The notes beneath the pieces are model-generated. The model was not told the DNA's origin. It made no database searches and saw only the letters and a list, made by a program, of their open reading frames with translations. Source: Azolla caroliniana (Eukaryota; Plantae; Polypodiophyta). Taken from it: a stretch of DNA of 64,000 nt. The DNA lies in assembly GCA_043228905.1 (NCBI GenBank), contig JBHGNT010000002.1, forward strand, positions 6,448,001 through 6,512,000, written 5' to 3'. Positions 1-12,885 of this stretch are shown here, in pieces; positions within the stretch are counted from its first letter, which is position 1; every line of letters starts with the position of its first letter. Position numbers and translations under genes: made by a program.

Positions 1-17
1 ATCAAGGGCTAAACAAA

Positions 18-2735
18 GTGACTATCCGAAATAGATATGCTCTACCATTAATCCCGAATCTTTTGGAACGTCTTAGTGGTGCAAAATATTTCACGAAGTT
101 GGACCTTCGCGGAGCATATAATCTAGTTCGGATTTGCCCAAGGGATGAATGGAAGACAGCTTTCCGCACTCACTATGGACATTTTGAGTATACATTGATG
201 CCATTTGGTCTCACGAATGCACCTGCTGTTTTCCAACATATGGCGAACGATATTTTTCGAGATTTTCTTGATATCTTCACTATAGTTTACCTAGATGATA
301 TTTTAATCTACTTAAAGACCCAAGAGGAGCATGATGAACATGTTCGTCAAGTACTACGCCGACTCCGAGAATATGGTCTCTACGTAAAATTAGAAAAGTG
401 TAGTTTCGGCCAGAATCAAGTGGAATTTTTGGGGTATGTTGTATCGTCAAATGGTATTGCTATGGACCCCATGAAGGTACAAGCAATTTTAGAGTGGCAA
501 ACGCCCCTTTCAGTGCGTGATGTGCAACGTTTTCTCGGGTTTGCAAATTTTTATCGAAAATTTATTAAAGATTATTCCAAGGTTGTGCTTCCGCTTACTC
601 AGCTCACACATAAAGATCAACCATTTATATGGAGTTCAGATGCAGCCGAGGCATTCGAAAGCTTAAAACGAGCATTTACAACGGCACCTATCTTAGCACA
701 TGTCGACCCAACAAAACGCTTCATCCTCGAAGCCGATGCATCCGATTTTGCACTAGGGAGTGTCCTCTCGCAGACTGGAGATGATGGACAACTACACCCT
801 GTCGCCTTAGATTCACGAAAGTTTGACGCTGCAGAGATCAACTACGAGATCCATGACAAAGAGCTTCTTGCAATCGTGGATTCGTTTCAACAATGGCGAC
901 ATTTCCTAGAAGGTTCTTCTCAGCAGATCATTGTCTACAATGATCATAAGAACCTGACTTATTTCCAAAATGCTTGAGTCTTGAGTCGGCGACAAGCCCG
1001 GTGGGCGCAATTTTTGACTCACTTCGACTTTATCATCATATATTGCCCTGGGATGCAGCAAGGCAAAGCATATGCTCTTTCTCGGCGCTCTTATATGGAA
1101 CTTCGTCCAGGGGAACCTGCATTTGAGCATCAAAAACAAATCCTTTTGGGTCCTAATCGATTACGATTAATGGTAGTTAACGCCATAACAACTCTTGAAA
1201 ATTCCACTCTTCTTGATTCCATTCGAGATCATATGGCCACTGATGATTTCGCCAAGGATGTTTTGGATCATATCGTCCCGGATCGTGCTTCTTGCTCACA
1301 GTCGAAAAATCCTCGTAATGACTATTGTCAGTTCTATTGGCATGATGGTTTTCTATTTCGACAAAATTTATTGTATGTTCCTGATGGTCCCCCACGGCTA
1401 CAAGTTTTGCAACATTGCCATGACTCACCAATGGCTGGTCATTTTGGAGTTCACAAGACTCTAGAATTAATTTCTCGACGTTATTGGTGGCCTCGCCTTC
1501 GTCATTTTGTTGAGGAGTATGTTCGGAGTTGTGATATATGTTGTCGATCAAAGAATCCTCGTCACCGACCCTATGGCTTACTACAACCACTTCCCATTCC
1601 GGAAACACCTTGGAAGTCTATATCCTTGGACTTCATTACTGATCTCCCAGTTTCAAAAGGTTTTGATGCAATTCTCACAGTGGTTGATCGATTTACCAAA
1701 ATGGCTCATTTCTTGCCATGTACAAAGTCGATTACTAGTCAAGAGACGGTTGATCTCGTTATGCGGGAGGTATTTAAGCATCATGGTCTACCGGATGATA
1801 TTATTAGTGATCGTGGTCCACAATTCATCTCAAAGTTTTGGAAGCACCTGTTCAAACTTCTCCACATTTCAGCTAAGCTTTCTTCGGGCTATCATCCTGA
1901 AACAAATGGCCAAACAGAGCGTACCAACTAGACATTGGAACAATATCTTCATTGTTTCATCAACTATCAACAAGATGATTGGGTTGCTTTTTTGCACTTG
2001 GCGGAATTCGCTTACAACAACTCAACCCATTCTTCTACAGGATATTCCCCATTTTTCGCAAATACGGGTTGTCATCCTCGGTGGACGATGAATGCGCATC
2101 CAAAAGTTCCTACCAACCCTGCTGCCGAGGATCGTCTTAGTCGCCTCCAAGAAATTCAAGCTAACATTTTCCACAATTTGCACGATGCTCAATTTACACA
2201 CAAGAGGCTTGCCGATCGTCATCGTCTAGACTCCTCAAAAAAGTTCCGCATTGGGGATCATGTATGGCTTCTCCAACACAACATCAAGACCACTCGACCT
2301 TACAGTAAATTGGATTACCAACGTTTTGGCCCTTACATGATCACTGGTAAGATAAGTGATGTTGCATTTCGTCTTGACCTCCCTCCGCACATGCATCTTC
2401 ATCCGGTGTTTCATGTATCCCTTTTGGAACCTTATACAACAAGTTCAATTCTGGGCCGTCTTACGACACCCCCACCACCTGTCGAGTTCTTGGACGGGCC
2501 TGAATTTGAAGTTGTTGCCGTTCTCGATTCTAAAATCGTGCGCAACAAGCTATATTACTTAGTCGATTGGCTAGGCTATACCCCCAATGATCGAACTTGG
2601 GAACCTACCACAAATCTTTCCAATGTTGCAGAACTTGTCAATGCATTTCATCGCCAATATCCTTGTAAACCAGGTCCTAATACAAACCCTACGACCCCTG
2701 AGACGTGTCGTCGAAGAAGGGGGATAGTGTCATGA
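18..2735 (+). pseudogene. Gypsy pol (RT-RH-INT-CHD) with in-frame stops
   Basis: Same reading frame with stops at about 975 and 1929; conserved motifs as above. Confidence 0.9.
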
Positions 2736-3198
2736 TAACAGTCACATCATGCATCGAAAGGATCATGACACTCACATTATGACTCGAAAGGATTTGAACC
2801 CACGACCTTGTTGTACACATGTCAAATCCTTAACCATTGTATTAATATTCTTATTTGTATAGTCTCTAGAATATGAAATCTAATATCATAGGAATATTCT
2901 ATATTACTCTACATTCTAGAATGACCTAGAATATTCTAGAGTGTTCTATACCACTAGAACCTTCTAGAATACTCTAGAGATCTTCTAGATTACTCTACAT
3001 TCTAGGATAACCTAGAATATTCTAGAGTGTTCTCTATTACTTATAAATAGGGATCTACCACCCATCCCAAACCTAAATTGGTTCAACGCCATTTTGTAGC
3101 CTACTCTTTGTAATCCATTTTACGCTTCAATATAATAATTCTCTTTCAATTATCTCTCTATGTCTTTTTCTCTCTCTTTCTCTCTCTCAGTCTTGACA
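2728..3198 (+). repeat. 3' LTR (471 bp) of the chromovirus, TGTCA...TGACA
   Basis: Follows the PPT; inverted termini; TATAAATAG at about 3042; TCTAGA-rich internal repeats; homologous to the solo LTR 8337-8885. Confidence 0.9.
2780..2850 (-). other. tRNA-like Pol III cassette (A/B box) inside LTR U3, antisense to the element
   Basis: Minus strand has TAATACAATGG-TTAA (2844-2834) and GGTTCAAATCC (2800-2790), 44 nt apart as in tRNA; acceptor stem degenerate. Confidence 0.7.
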
Positions 3199-3686
3199 CC
3201 AACAAGGGAAATCGGCAGCGATTGCACTACGCCGAAGACTCCGGGAGAGCCGGAGAAGGGTCTACCTTCGTAACGAGGCACGAAGCAAACTCAATGAAAC
3301 GAACCACCCCGAGATCGGACGAGGTGTGGTACGTAGACTCCGGCGCGTCAAACCACATGACGAGCCATAAGGGGTGGTTCACGTACCTTGAAAAACCGAT
3401 ACAACCTGGAGTAGTTGCAACTGGAGACGACACTCTGCATCCGATCGCGAATGTCGGAGAAGTTCCCCTTAGCCATGTCGGGCAGAAAGGGAAACTCATG
3501 AACGTGCTCCACGTTCCGACAATCACGAAGAACTTGGTCTCGGTCAGACAGATCGTCGACCAAGGGATGGAGGTTCGGTTTACACACCTCGGGTGCTTCA
3601 TTGAGGAAGAAGGTTGTGTGATTGCGCAAGGGCGCAGAGACGGGAGGATGTTCATCCTCGACTCCACTGACGGCGGCACCACAATG

Positions 3687-4106
3687 TGTTGGGATTACGG
3701 TCCCTCCGGATGGGATGGTCGGATGTCCGGGAATCGGGAATGAAGACCCGAATGAGGAGTACCCGGTATCGGAGCCGGATGATGAAGACCCGGTTCCGGA
3801 TCCGGATGATGAAGACCCCGGTTCCGGATCCGGATGATGAAGACCCCGGTTCCGGATCCGGATGATGAAGACCCCGGTTCCGGATCCGGATGATGAAGAC
3901 CCCGGCTACGAAGCCGGATGACGAATGTACCCGGAGAGAGATCCGGATGCGGGGACATATTTGTGAATATGTTTGCCAAGGGCCCTTGAGGCTATATTTG
4001 TAAATAGCCCGAAAGTCATATGTGTATAAATATGACTTAGGGCAAACAGTTTTGTAGTTGTTACTCATTTTTCTGGTTTTCCACTTAGAGGGAGCTAAGT
4101 GAGCAG

Positions 4107-4173
<67 letters not shown>

Positions 4174-4436
4174 GAAGAGGTCGTTGCCTCTGTGTATTAC
4201 CGCCGCCTGTGGCGAAGACAGTGAGCTCAAGGTTGTTGCCTTGTAGCTTCACCATTGTACATCTCTGTTTATAGTGATAGTTGGAGTTTGAGGACTCCCG
4301 TGGTTTTTCCCATTTAGGGTTTTCCACGTAAAACATCCTGTGTACTCTTCTCTCTATTGTCTTCGTGCATTTTGTATTTCCTGTTTTCTGTGAGTTGATC
4401 CTATTCCTCGGTTGTGGCTGAGCACTGTGTTTAACA
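3687..4436 (+). repeat. 5' LTR of Copia B with 28-bp CCGG-rich tandem array and (GA)n
   Basis: Direct repeat of the 3' LTR; units CCGGATGATGAAGACCCCGGTTCCGGAT at about 3775-3913; (GA)n about 4111-4172. Confidence 0.95.
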
Positions 4437-4439
4437 AAG

Positions 4440-4451
4440 TGGTATCAGAGC
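4440..4451 (+). promoter_or_regulatory. Primer-binding site (tRNA-iMet)
   Basis: TGGTATCAGAGC 3 nt after the LTR end. Confidence 0.95.
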
Positions 4452-4467
4452 TACGGTAACACAGAAA

Positions 4468-7400
4468 ATGGAAGGCGGCGGTAGTGGGCCTCCGGGCATG
4501 ATGGTGTTGAACTCACAGAACTACGCCGACTAGAAGATAAAGATGGAAGACCTTCTCATCGTCCGAGACCTGTACGAACCGATCGACAATGCCGAGATAC
4601 CCAAGGGGGTAATAGAGTCGGAGTGGAAGCTCCTGAATCGGAAAGCCGTAGCGACGATCCGGCAATATGTCGATGTAAGTGTTCTGCAACATGTGGCGAA
4701 CGATACGAACGCCTATGAGATGTGGAAGAAGCTGTCCGGACTGTATGAGAGGAAGAATGCTCTGACCCGGACCTCCCTGATGAGGAAGATAGTGAATCTT
4801 AAGTACCGGGACGGCGAGAGCATGGTCGAACACGTCAGCACGTTCATGGGATTCGTGAACCAGCTTGCGGCGATCAAGTTCCCGTTGGACGACGCAATGC
4901 AAGCCATCATGCTGATGTGTACCCTTCCGGAGAGCTGGGAGAACTTGGTAGTTACTCTCAGCACCTCCTGTAAGGAAGAGAACTTGTCTTTACTAATGGT
5001 AAAGACAAGTATTCTAAATGAAGAAGCGCGTCGGAGAGATAAAGAACCGGCCTCCGACTCAAAGGCGCTGCTTACCGAATCGGAACGGGGAAGACAACGG
5101 AACCGGAGTCCACAAAGACGGGAGAAGTCGTGGACACGGTCGCAGTCGAGGGGAAGACCTACATGCTTCTACTGTGGGAAGCCGGGGCACTTCCATAAGA
5201 ACTGTCGGCATTTCTGGAAAGACAACGGAACCGACGGTACCGATTCGAAGAAGTCACCGGAGCGAAACAGTGCATACCGGGGAGCCACGGACCGGAGAGG
5301 TCCGGATCGGCGAGGGCAGGACCGGAAAGGAACGACGGCACTCGCGGCAAGTGAAGAAGAGATAATGCTCATTACCGAAGAGAGGGAGCTGAACCTTGCC
5401 GGTGAAGAGATGACCTGGGTGGTCGATTCCGGAGCGTCGTTCCACCTGACCCCGGAGAAGAAATACTTCTCATCCTACACAGCCGGTGAGCACGGCTGTG
5501 TCCGGATGGGAAATGAAGGTACATGCCGGATTGCCGGCATAGGAGAGGTGTGGCTGATGACATCAACCGGATGCAAGATGCTGCTGAAGGATGTCCAACA
5601 CGTTCCGGAGGTTCGATTGAACTTGATTTCGGCCGGGAGGCTAGACGATGAGGCTTGCCGAAGACAACCTGATACCGGTAAAGCACGTACACTTGGGGAA
5701 GTGTACCGATTGTCTGGCCGGTAAGCAAAACCGGACCTCCTTCCGCTCAAGACCACCGATGAGACGTAGTGTACCATTGGAGTTGGTACACACTGATGTG
5801 TGTCAGGTAGAAACGAAGTCACATGGCGGAGCCCAGTACTTCGTAACATTCATAGATGACCATAGCCGGAAGCTGTGGACGGCACCGTTGAAGACAAAGG
5901 ACCAAGTATTGTCCGTCTTCAAAGAACTCCACGCGAGAGTGGAAAGGGAATCCGGCAAGAAGCTGAAAGCGATACGAGCGGATAACGGAGGGGAATACCG
6001 GGGGCAGTTCGAGGAGTACTGTCGCTCGAAGGGAATCCGGCTCGAGTTTACTGTGCCGAAGACGCCGGAACTGAACGGGCTGGCCGAGAGGATGAACCGA
6101 ACCATAATGGAGAGGGTCCGGAGTATGCTGGCGCATGCGAAATTACCCAAGGGGTTTTGGGCTGAGGCAATGTCGACGGCGACATACGTGATAAACAGAT
6201 CACCCTCAGTACCTTTGGACGGAGACACGCCGCAGAGAGTGTGGACCGGTAGGGAAGTATCCTACCGGCATCTGAAGGTGTTCGGCTACCGAGTATGGGA
6301 CCCGGTCGACAAAAAGATATTCCGGAGTCGTGATATCATCTTCATGGAGGACAAAACACTCGCCGACTGGGAGTCGGAGAAGAAGATGAAGAGCTCCAAG
6401 TCGACCGGTGAGGATCAACTCTACGAGGAGCAGTCCCGACCGGCAAGGGACCGGTTAGCACTCGAGGATCCGGCCGAAGACAGTGAAGAAACAGAACCGG
6501 CCGAGGAAGATGAAACTGATACCGGAACTGGCCCCGATCCCGAAATGGATTCGGATGAAGAGGAAACGGAGGAGACGGTTACCGAAGCTCCGGAACGGAG
6601 ATATCCTCTAAGAGAGAGAAGGGCCCCCCCGGAGATTTCCGGAACCAGAGCACGTGCTGCTAACCGACGAGGGGGAGCCGGAGAGTTTTGAAGAAGCAAA
6701 GCTTGACACCCATAGCCACAGGTGGTTAAGTGCCATGCAGGAGGAGATGGATTCCCTGCATGAGAACCACACATATGAACTTGTGGAGTTGCCGAAAGGA
6801 AAGCGGGCACTTCGAAACAAGTGGGTGTTCAAGCTGAAACCGGGAGATGCCGGAAACCCCCCGAGATACAAAGCCAGGATCGTGGTGAAGGGGTTCCAGC
6901 AGAAGAAGGGCGTCGACTTCGACGAGATATTTGCCCCGGTAGTGAAGATGACCTCCATCTGGACGGTGCTGAGCATAGCGGCAAGCATGGACCTCGAGGT
7001 AGAACAGATGGACGTGAAGACGGCATTCCTTCACGGTGACCTCGAAGAAGAGATCTACATGCAGCAACCGGAAGGATTCGAGAAGAAAGGGAAGGAGCAC
7101 CTGGTATGCCGGTTGAAGAAGAGCCTTTACGGACTGAAGCAGGCTCCCCGGCAATGGTACCGGAAGTTCGACTCTTTCATGACCGACGAAGGGTACCACA
7201 AAACGCAGTCCGATCACTGCGTGTTTGTGAAGAAGTTCGAAGGAGGAGACTTTCTAATACTCCTCCTGTACGTGGACGACATGTTGATCGTCGGACGGGA
7301 CCAGGTCAAGATACGGATGCTGAAGAAAGCGCTTCACCGAACCTTCTCAATGAAGGACCTGGGTCCGGCGAGGCAAATACTAGGGATGCACATCATCCGG

Positions 7401-8246
7401 GACCGGAAGAAGAAGCAGCTGTGGCTGTCACAGGAGAAGTACGTGACAAAGGTGCTTCACCGGTTCAACATGTCGGAAGCAAGACCGGTCGGGTCAACCC
7501 TCCTGGCAAACTGCAAGTTGTCCAGCAAGCAAAGCCCCAAGACAAAGGCTGAGAAGGAGGACATGATGAAAGTACCATATGCCTCTGCCGTCGGAAGCTT
7601 GATGTACGCAATGGTGTGTACCAGACCGGACATAGGATATGCAGTCGGAGTGGTGAGCCGGTACATGAGCAACCCCGGCAAAGAGCACTGGAACGCGGCC
7701 AAGTGGATACTCCGATACCTGAAGGGCACGGCAAACGTGTGCCTCCGATTCGGCTCCGGTAAGCCCGAACTCGACGGCTTTACCGATTCGGATATGTCGG
7801 CTGATGCAGATACCAGCCGGTCCACATCAGGGTATGTGATGACGTATGCAGGGGGAGCTGTTTCGTGGCAGTCGAGGCTGCAGAAGACGGTTGCGTTGTC
7901 AACCACGGAGGCGGAGTACATGGCGGCTGTTGAAGCCGGCAAGGAAATAATATGGATGAAGGACTTCATTAGAGAGCTCGGTATCCAGCAGGAGGAGTAC
8001 CGACTCTACTGCGACAGTCAGAGTGCCATCCACCTTGCAAAGAACGCGGCCTATCACTCCCGGACGAAGCACATCCAGCGAAGATATCACTGGATCCGGG
8101 AAAGGATAGAAGACCAGGAGTTCGTGTTGACGAAGATCCACACGGACGAGAACGGGTCAGATATGCTGACCAAAGTGCTCACACCCAACAAGCTGGAAGC
8201 GTGCCGGAAGAGGGTCGGACTGGAAAGACATCCCATGCCGAAGTGA
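4468..8246 (+). pseudogene. Copia B gag-pol (disrupted); RT-RNaseH ORF 6654-8246 still open
   Basis: Early TAG at about 4531; frameshifts or deletions near 5650, 6280 and 6630; open 530-aa RT-RH segment. Confidence 0.9.
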
Positions 8247-8336
8247 AGGGGGAGTTTGTTGGGATTACGGTCCCTCCGGATGGGATGGTCGGATGTCCGG
8301 GAATCGGGAATGAAGACCCGAATGAGGAGTACCCGG

Positions 8337-8885
8337 TGTCGTGACTCTTGAGTAGGAAACAGAGAGAGAGCGATGGCGATAGAGATAACGATAACGATAG
8401 AGATGGCGAGAGCGGTAGAGATAGCGATAGTGATAGCAAAAGAGAGTGAAAGAGGGAGAGAGTGCGAGAGAGAGAAAAGTATACGTGAGAGATAAGAAAT
8501 GGGAATGAGATTATATTATGAGGAAGAAGATTACAAGGAGTAGGCTAAGGGCTAAAGACTGGTGTTGAACCGAATGAGTTGTGATGAGTGTATGGACTCT
8601 TATTTATAGGCCCTTATGGAGTATTCTAGAATGTTCTAGAATATTTTAGATATTTATGAATAATAATAATAATAAATATAATCATGAAATATTCAAGAAC
8701 ATTCTAGAATAATCTAGAATGTTCTAAATATCTCGTAATAACTAAACGTATAATTATTATGATTACATCTCACATATGTTATTACAATGGTTAAAGTACA
8801 ATATGTAAACCAAGAGGTTATGGGTTCGATTCCTGGTTCGCCAAGATGAATGTCATGATAAGCCAAGATGTATGTCTTCATGACA
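8337..8885 (-). mobile_element. Solo LTR (549 bp) of a chromovirus family related to LTR 2728-3198; TSD CCCGG
   Basis: TGTC...GACA termini; CCCGG at 8332-8336 and 8886-8890. The reverse complement shares the TGTCATGA start, TTAACCATTGTA, TATAAATA, GGTTCAAC and TAGCCTACTC motifs with LTR 2728-3198. Confidence 0.9.
8774..8843 (+). other. tRNA-like Pol III cassette in the solo LTR (antisense to the LTR)
   Basis: TATTACAATGG-TTAA (8780-8790) and a perfect B box GGTTCGATTCC (8823-8833), 43 nt apart; TGTAAACCA at the anticodon position; ends TTCGCCA. Confidence 0.72.
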
Positions 8886-11800
8886 CCCGGTATCGGAGCC
8901 GGATGATGAAGACCCGGTTCCGGATCCGGATGATGAAGACCCCGGCTACGGAGCCGGATGACGAATGTACCTGGAGAGAGATCCGGATGCGGGGACATAT
9001 TTGTGAATATGTTTGCCAAGGGCCCTTGAGGCTATATTTGTAAATAGCCCGAAAGTCATATGTGTATAAATATGACTTAGGGCAAACAGTTTTGTAGTTG
9101 TTACTCATTTTTCTGGTTTTCCACTTAGAGGGAGCTAAGTGAGCAGCCGAGAGAGAGAGAGAGAGAGAGACGAAGAGGTCGTTGCCTCTGTGTATTACCG
9201 CCGCCTGTGGCGAAGACAGTGAGCTCAAGGTTGTTGCCTTGTAGCTTCACCATTGTACATCTCTGTTTATAGTGATAGTTGGAGTTTGAGGACTCCCGTG
9301 GTTTTTCCCATTTAGGGTTTTCCACGTAAAACATCCTGTGTACTCTTCTCTCTATTGTCTTCGTGCATTTTGTATTTCCTGTTTTCTGTGAGTTGATCCT
9401 ATTCCTCGGTTGTGGCCGAGCACTGTGTTTAACACAATGTTCGCAAAGGGACAAAAAGCCGAGTCGGACATCGACTTGTGGCACAAGCGGATAGGCCACG
9501 TCAACTACCAGCGGCTTCAAGATCTGCAATTGAAACAGGTAGTGTTCGGATTGCCCAAGTTTAGTGGCCGAAAGGCACAAATTTGTGAAGCCTGCCAGCT
9601 CGGGAAGCAACACCGACTTCCTTTCCCCAACGAGCGAAACCGGACCCGGAACAAGCTCGACCTTATACACTCCGATGTGTGGGGGCCGGCACAAAACGTT
9701 AGTCTTGGCGGGAGCCGATATTTCGTCTCCTTCATCGACGACCACACGCGGCACACATGGATCTACCTCATTGAGAGGAAGAGCGAAGTCTTCGACGGTT
9801 TCCGTGACCTCAAAGGGTTCGTGGAAACGGAAACGGAACGAAAGATCAAGTGCCTGCGGTCGGATGGCGGAAAAGAGTACTTTTCCGGTCAATTCAATGG
9901 TTATCTACAACAAATGGGAATTCGGCGCGAATTCAGTTGTAGATACACGCCGGAGCAGAACAACGTGGCCGAGAGGAAGAATCGGTCAGTTGTGGAAGCG
10001 GCACGGGCAATGCTGGAGGAGAAGAGCTTGCCCAAGTTCTACTAGGCCGAGGCGGTAAGGACCGCGGTATATATCCAGAACCGGATTGGAGACAAAGTGT
10101 CGGCGCACGAGCTATATTTCGGAACGAAGCCGAACTTGTGACACTTGAAGGTGTTCGGTAGCATTGCGTATGTGCATGTACCGAAGGAGAAAAGGAGGAA
10201 GCTGGACGCAAAGGCCGAGAAATGCATCTTGGTCGGTTACTCGGACGAGCAGAAGGGTTATAAGTGCTATAACCCTCGCACCAAACAAGCGCGTGTTAGC
10301 CGCGACGTTGTGTTTGACGAGTCCGCGTCCTAGTACCAGCCCCCGACTCCAAACCCCAACTCCAATCCGAGTTCTGACGATGAGGTCAGCGAGGCCGAGC
10401 TGCCTCCGGATGAGCCCAAAATCGAGACCCGCGAAGAGAGTCCGATTTCGCTCCGTTTAAGTGGACCGATTGGACGACTGAGTCGGTACGACCAGTCCGA
10501 TGAAGAGCCGGTGAGTAGTGGAGACTCGGCCGTGCATTCCCCGCGCAGGAAGCCGAGGAGACGGCTTACGCGCAAAGAGAAAGGGAAGAAGAACGTGTCG
10601 GATTCCGGCACGGATAGGAACGAGTCAGACCGACGCGAGTCCGACTCCGAGGGAACCGGTGACGGGTCTTTAAAGGTGAAGACCGCGTCGACCGAGAAGG
10701 CCTCGACATCGGCTAATGTGAGATTACGCCGATCTACCCGCCAGAAGAATCCTGTTTTGCGGTTCGGATACAACGAGTACATGGCGCATCATTATGCGTA
10801 CATGACCCGTGTAGCGGAAGTGCGTGAGCCGGAGAGCTACGCAGAAGCGGCTAAAGACACGAATTGGCGTGCCGCGATGGAGGAAGAGATGCACGCATTG
10901 GCGGAGAACGAGACCTGGGACCTGGTTGACGCACCAACAGGGGTAAAATCGATTGGGTGTAGGTGGGTGTACAAGGTCAAGTACAACACCGATGGCTCCG
11001 TTAACCGGTACAAGGCTCGGCTAGTGGCAAAGGGCTACGCGTAGAAACACGGCATCGACTACGATGAGACGTTTGCGCTAGTCGCGAAAATGACGACCAT
11101 CCGTGTTTTGCTCGTAGTAGCTGCGGCGAAGGGGTGGCACTTACATCAAATGGATGCAAAGAATGCGTTCCTGCAAGGTGACCTTGAGGAACAGGTGTAC
11201 ATGGTATAGCCCCCCGGATTTCACTCCGGAACGAACTCCTCGGCAGTATGCCGACTGAAGAAGTCCCTTTACGGACTGAAGCAAGCCCCGCGTGCCTGGA
11301 ACGCGAAGATCACGCAACAACTGCATCGGATGGGCTTCGTCACGACAAAATCGGACTCTTCCCTGTTCATCCGGAAAGGTCGACTCGGACCGGTTAGTAT
11401 TTTACTGTATGTTGATGACTTGGTCATCACCGGCGCCGACCTAGGTGAAATCGACCGCGTGAAGCTTCAACTTGCGGCATCGTTCGACATGAAGGATCTG
11501 GGGGACCTTCACTACTTCCTCGGGATCGAAGTGATCCATACCCCCGAAGGCATATTGATCAGCCAACGTCATTACGTGTTGGGTATGCTCTTCAAATTCG
11601 GGATGGCCGACTGTAAGTCCATCTCGACTCCTCTAGACAGAACCGTCAAGCTTCGTCCCGATAAGGGAAAGGTATGCGACTCGACGAGGTTCCGACAAAT
11701 TGTTGGAAGCCTCATATACTTGACCATCACCCAACCCGACCTCAGTTATCCGGTCGGGGTGATCAGTCAGTTCATGGCGCAACCTACCGAGGAGCACCTT

Positions 11801-12885
11801 CAGTGTGCGCAACGCGTACTGCGGTACGTAAGCGGCACTAAGGACCGCGGACTACTATATCGGACCGGTGCAGTCGCGCAGTTAGTCGGCTACACCGATG
11901 CTGATTGGGCTGGCAACGCCGCCGATCCCCGATCCACGTCTGGATACGTGTTCTCCCTCGAGAGTGCCGCGATCGCGTGGAGCAGTAAGAAGCAGCCGAC
12001 AGTTGCACTGTCGAGCACCGAAGCTGAGTACCGAGGAGCGGCTGTCGCGACATGCGAAGCCATATGGTTGAAGCGGCTACTTACGGACCTGCAAGAGGAG
12101 GTGTCAGATCCGACGACGATCTACTGCGACAACCTCAGCAGCATCCAGCTCGCGAAAAAACCCCGTTTTCCATGCACGGATCAAGCACATTGAGGTGCAT
12201 TACCATTTCGTCCGTGAGAGTGTCCTTTCCGGTGAAGTCAAACTTCAGTACGTGCCGACGGATCGGCAAACTGCCGACATCTTCACTAAGCCTCTTGGTC
12301 TGGACAAGTTGCGGCAATTCTCCGGTGCGCTCGGGTTGCGTCACCTTGACGTGCCAAACTTGAGGGGGAGAACAGTCCTGAACGACCAAGCAAGGCAGCA
12401 AGAAAGGAGCGGAGACCGCGACATCGAGTTTGTTGACTCGGTTGTCGAGTTCGACTTCGGATCGGCTGAAGAAGCCGAGGGCGGACCTGCGGAAAACTTC
12501 GGAAGCGGACAGAAGGGGAGTAGCCGAAGCCAACCACGCATGGGGAAGATGACGCCATCGAGGGCGAGAAGACCGAAGACGAGTTGGAGACACCCAACTC
12601 GGACGAGAGCGAAAACCGATCGAAGGTAGCCGAGTCGGTTCGGATGTTTGATTCAGATACGCTGAATCAACGAGGCCCAAGCGGAAGAAAAGGCAGCAGG
12701 AGAAGCGTCAACACCGCAACAGCAGAAGAGCTTATAAGGGCCACATGAGCAGACAAGCCGACCGGAAGGGTCAAAGCGCGCGGAGTCGAACAGGTCGAGG
12801 AGCGCGAGTGAGGCGTGAAGCCAGGAGGAAGCGGAGCTGTGAGCCCGAAGATCCCGAAGAGCCTCAAGTTGAGCTTGAGGGGGAG

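Larger units (their letters stand above)
1..3198 (+). mobile_element. Ty3/Gypsy chromovirus (Tcn1-like), 3' part: RT-RNaseH-integrase-chromodomain plus 3' LTR; inserted in Copia element A
   Basis: ORFs 18-977, 981-1931 and 1935-2735 are one frame broken by stops. [16 protein letters not shown], RNaseH DASD/DHKNL, integrase HHCC and SDRG, chromodomain YYLVDWLGY..RTWEP. PPT GAAGAAGGGGGATA just before the LTR. Confidence 0.95.
3687..9434 (+). mobile_element. Ty1/Copia element B (Tnt1/Tto1-like), both LTRs present, internal deletions; TSD CAATG
   Basis: LTRs 3687-4436 and 8257-9434 (TGTT...AACA); CAATG at 3682-3686 and 9435-9439; PBS 4440-4451; gag CFYCGKPGHFHKNC, protease WVVDSGAS, integrase, RT LLYVDD, RNaseH NGSDMLTK; PPT about 8245-8254. 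Confidence 0.97.
8257..9434 (+). repeat. 3' LTR of Copia B, split by a solo LTR
   Basis: Matches 3687-4436 once 8337-8890 is removed. Confidence 0.93.

Noticed and set aside
3775-3913. CRISPR-like appearance of the 28-bp and 54-bp repeats (also 53206-53475)
   Set aside because: Head-to-tail units without unique spacers, inside eukaryotic LTRs, with no cas genes.
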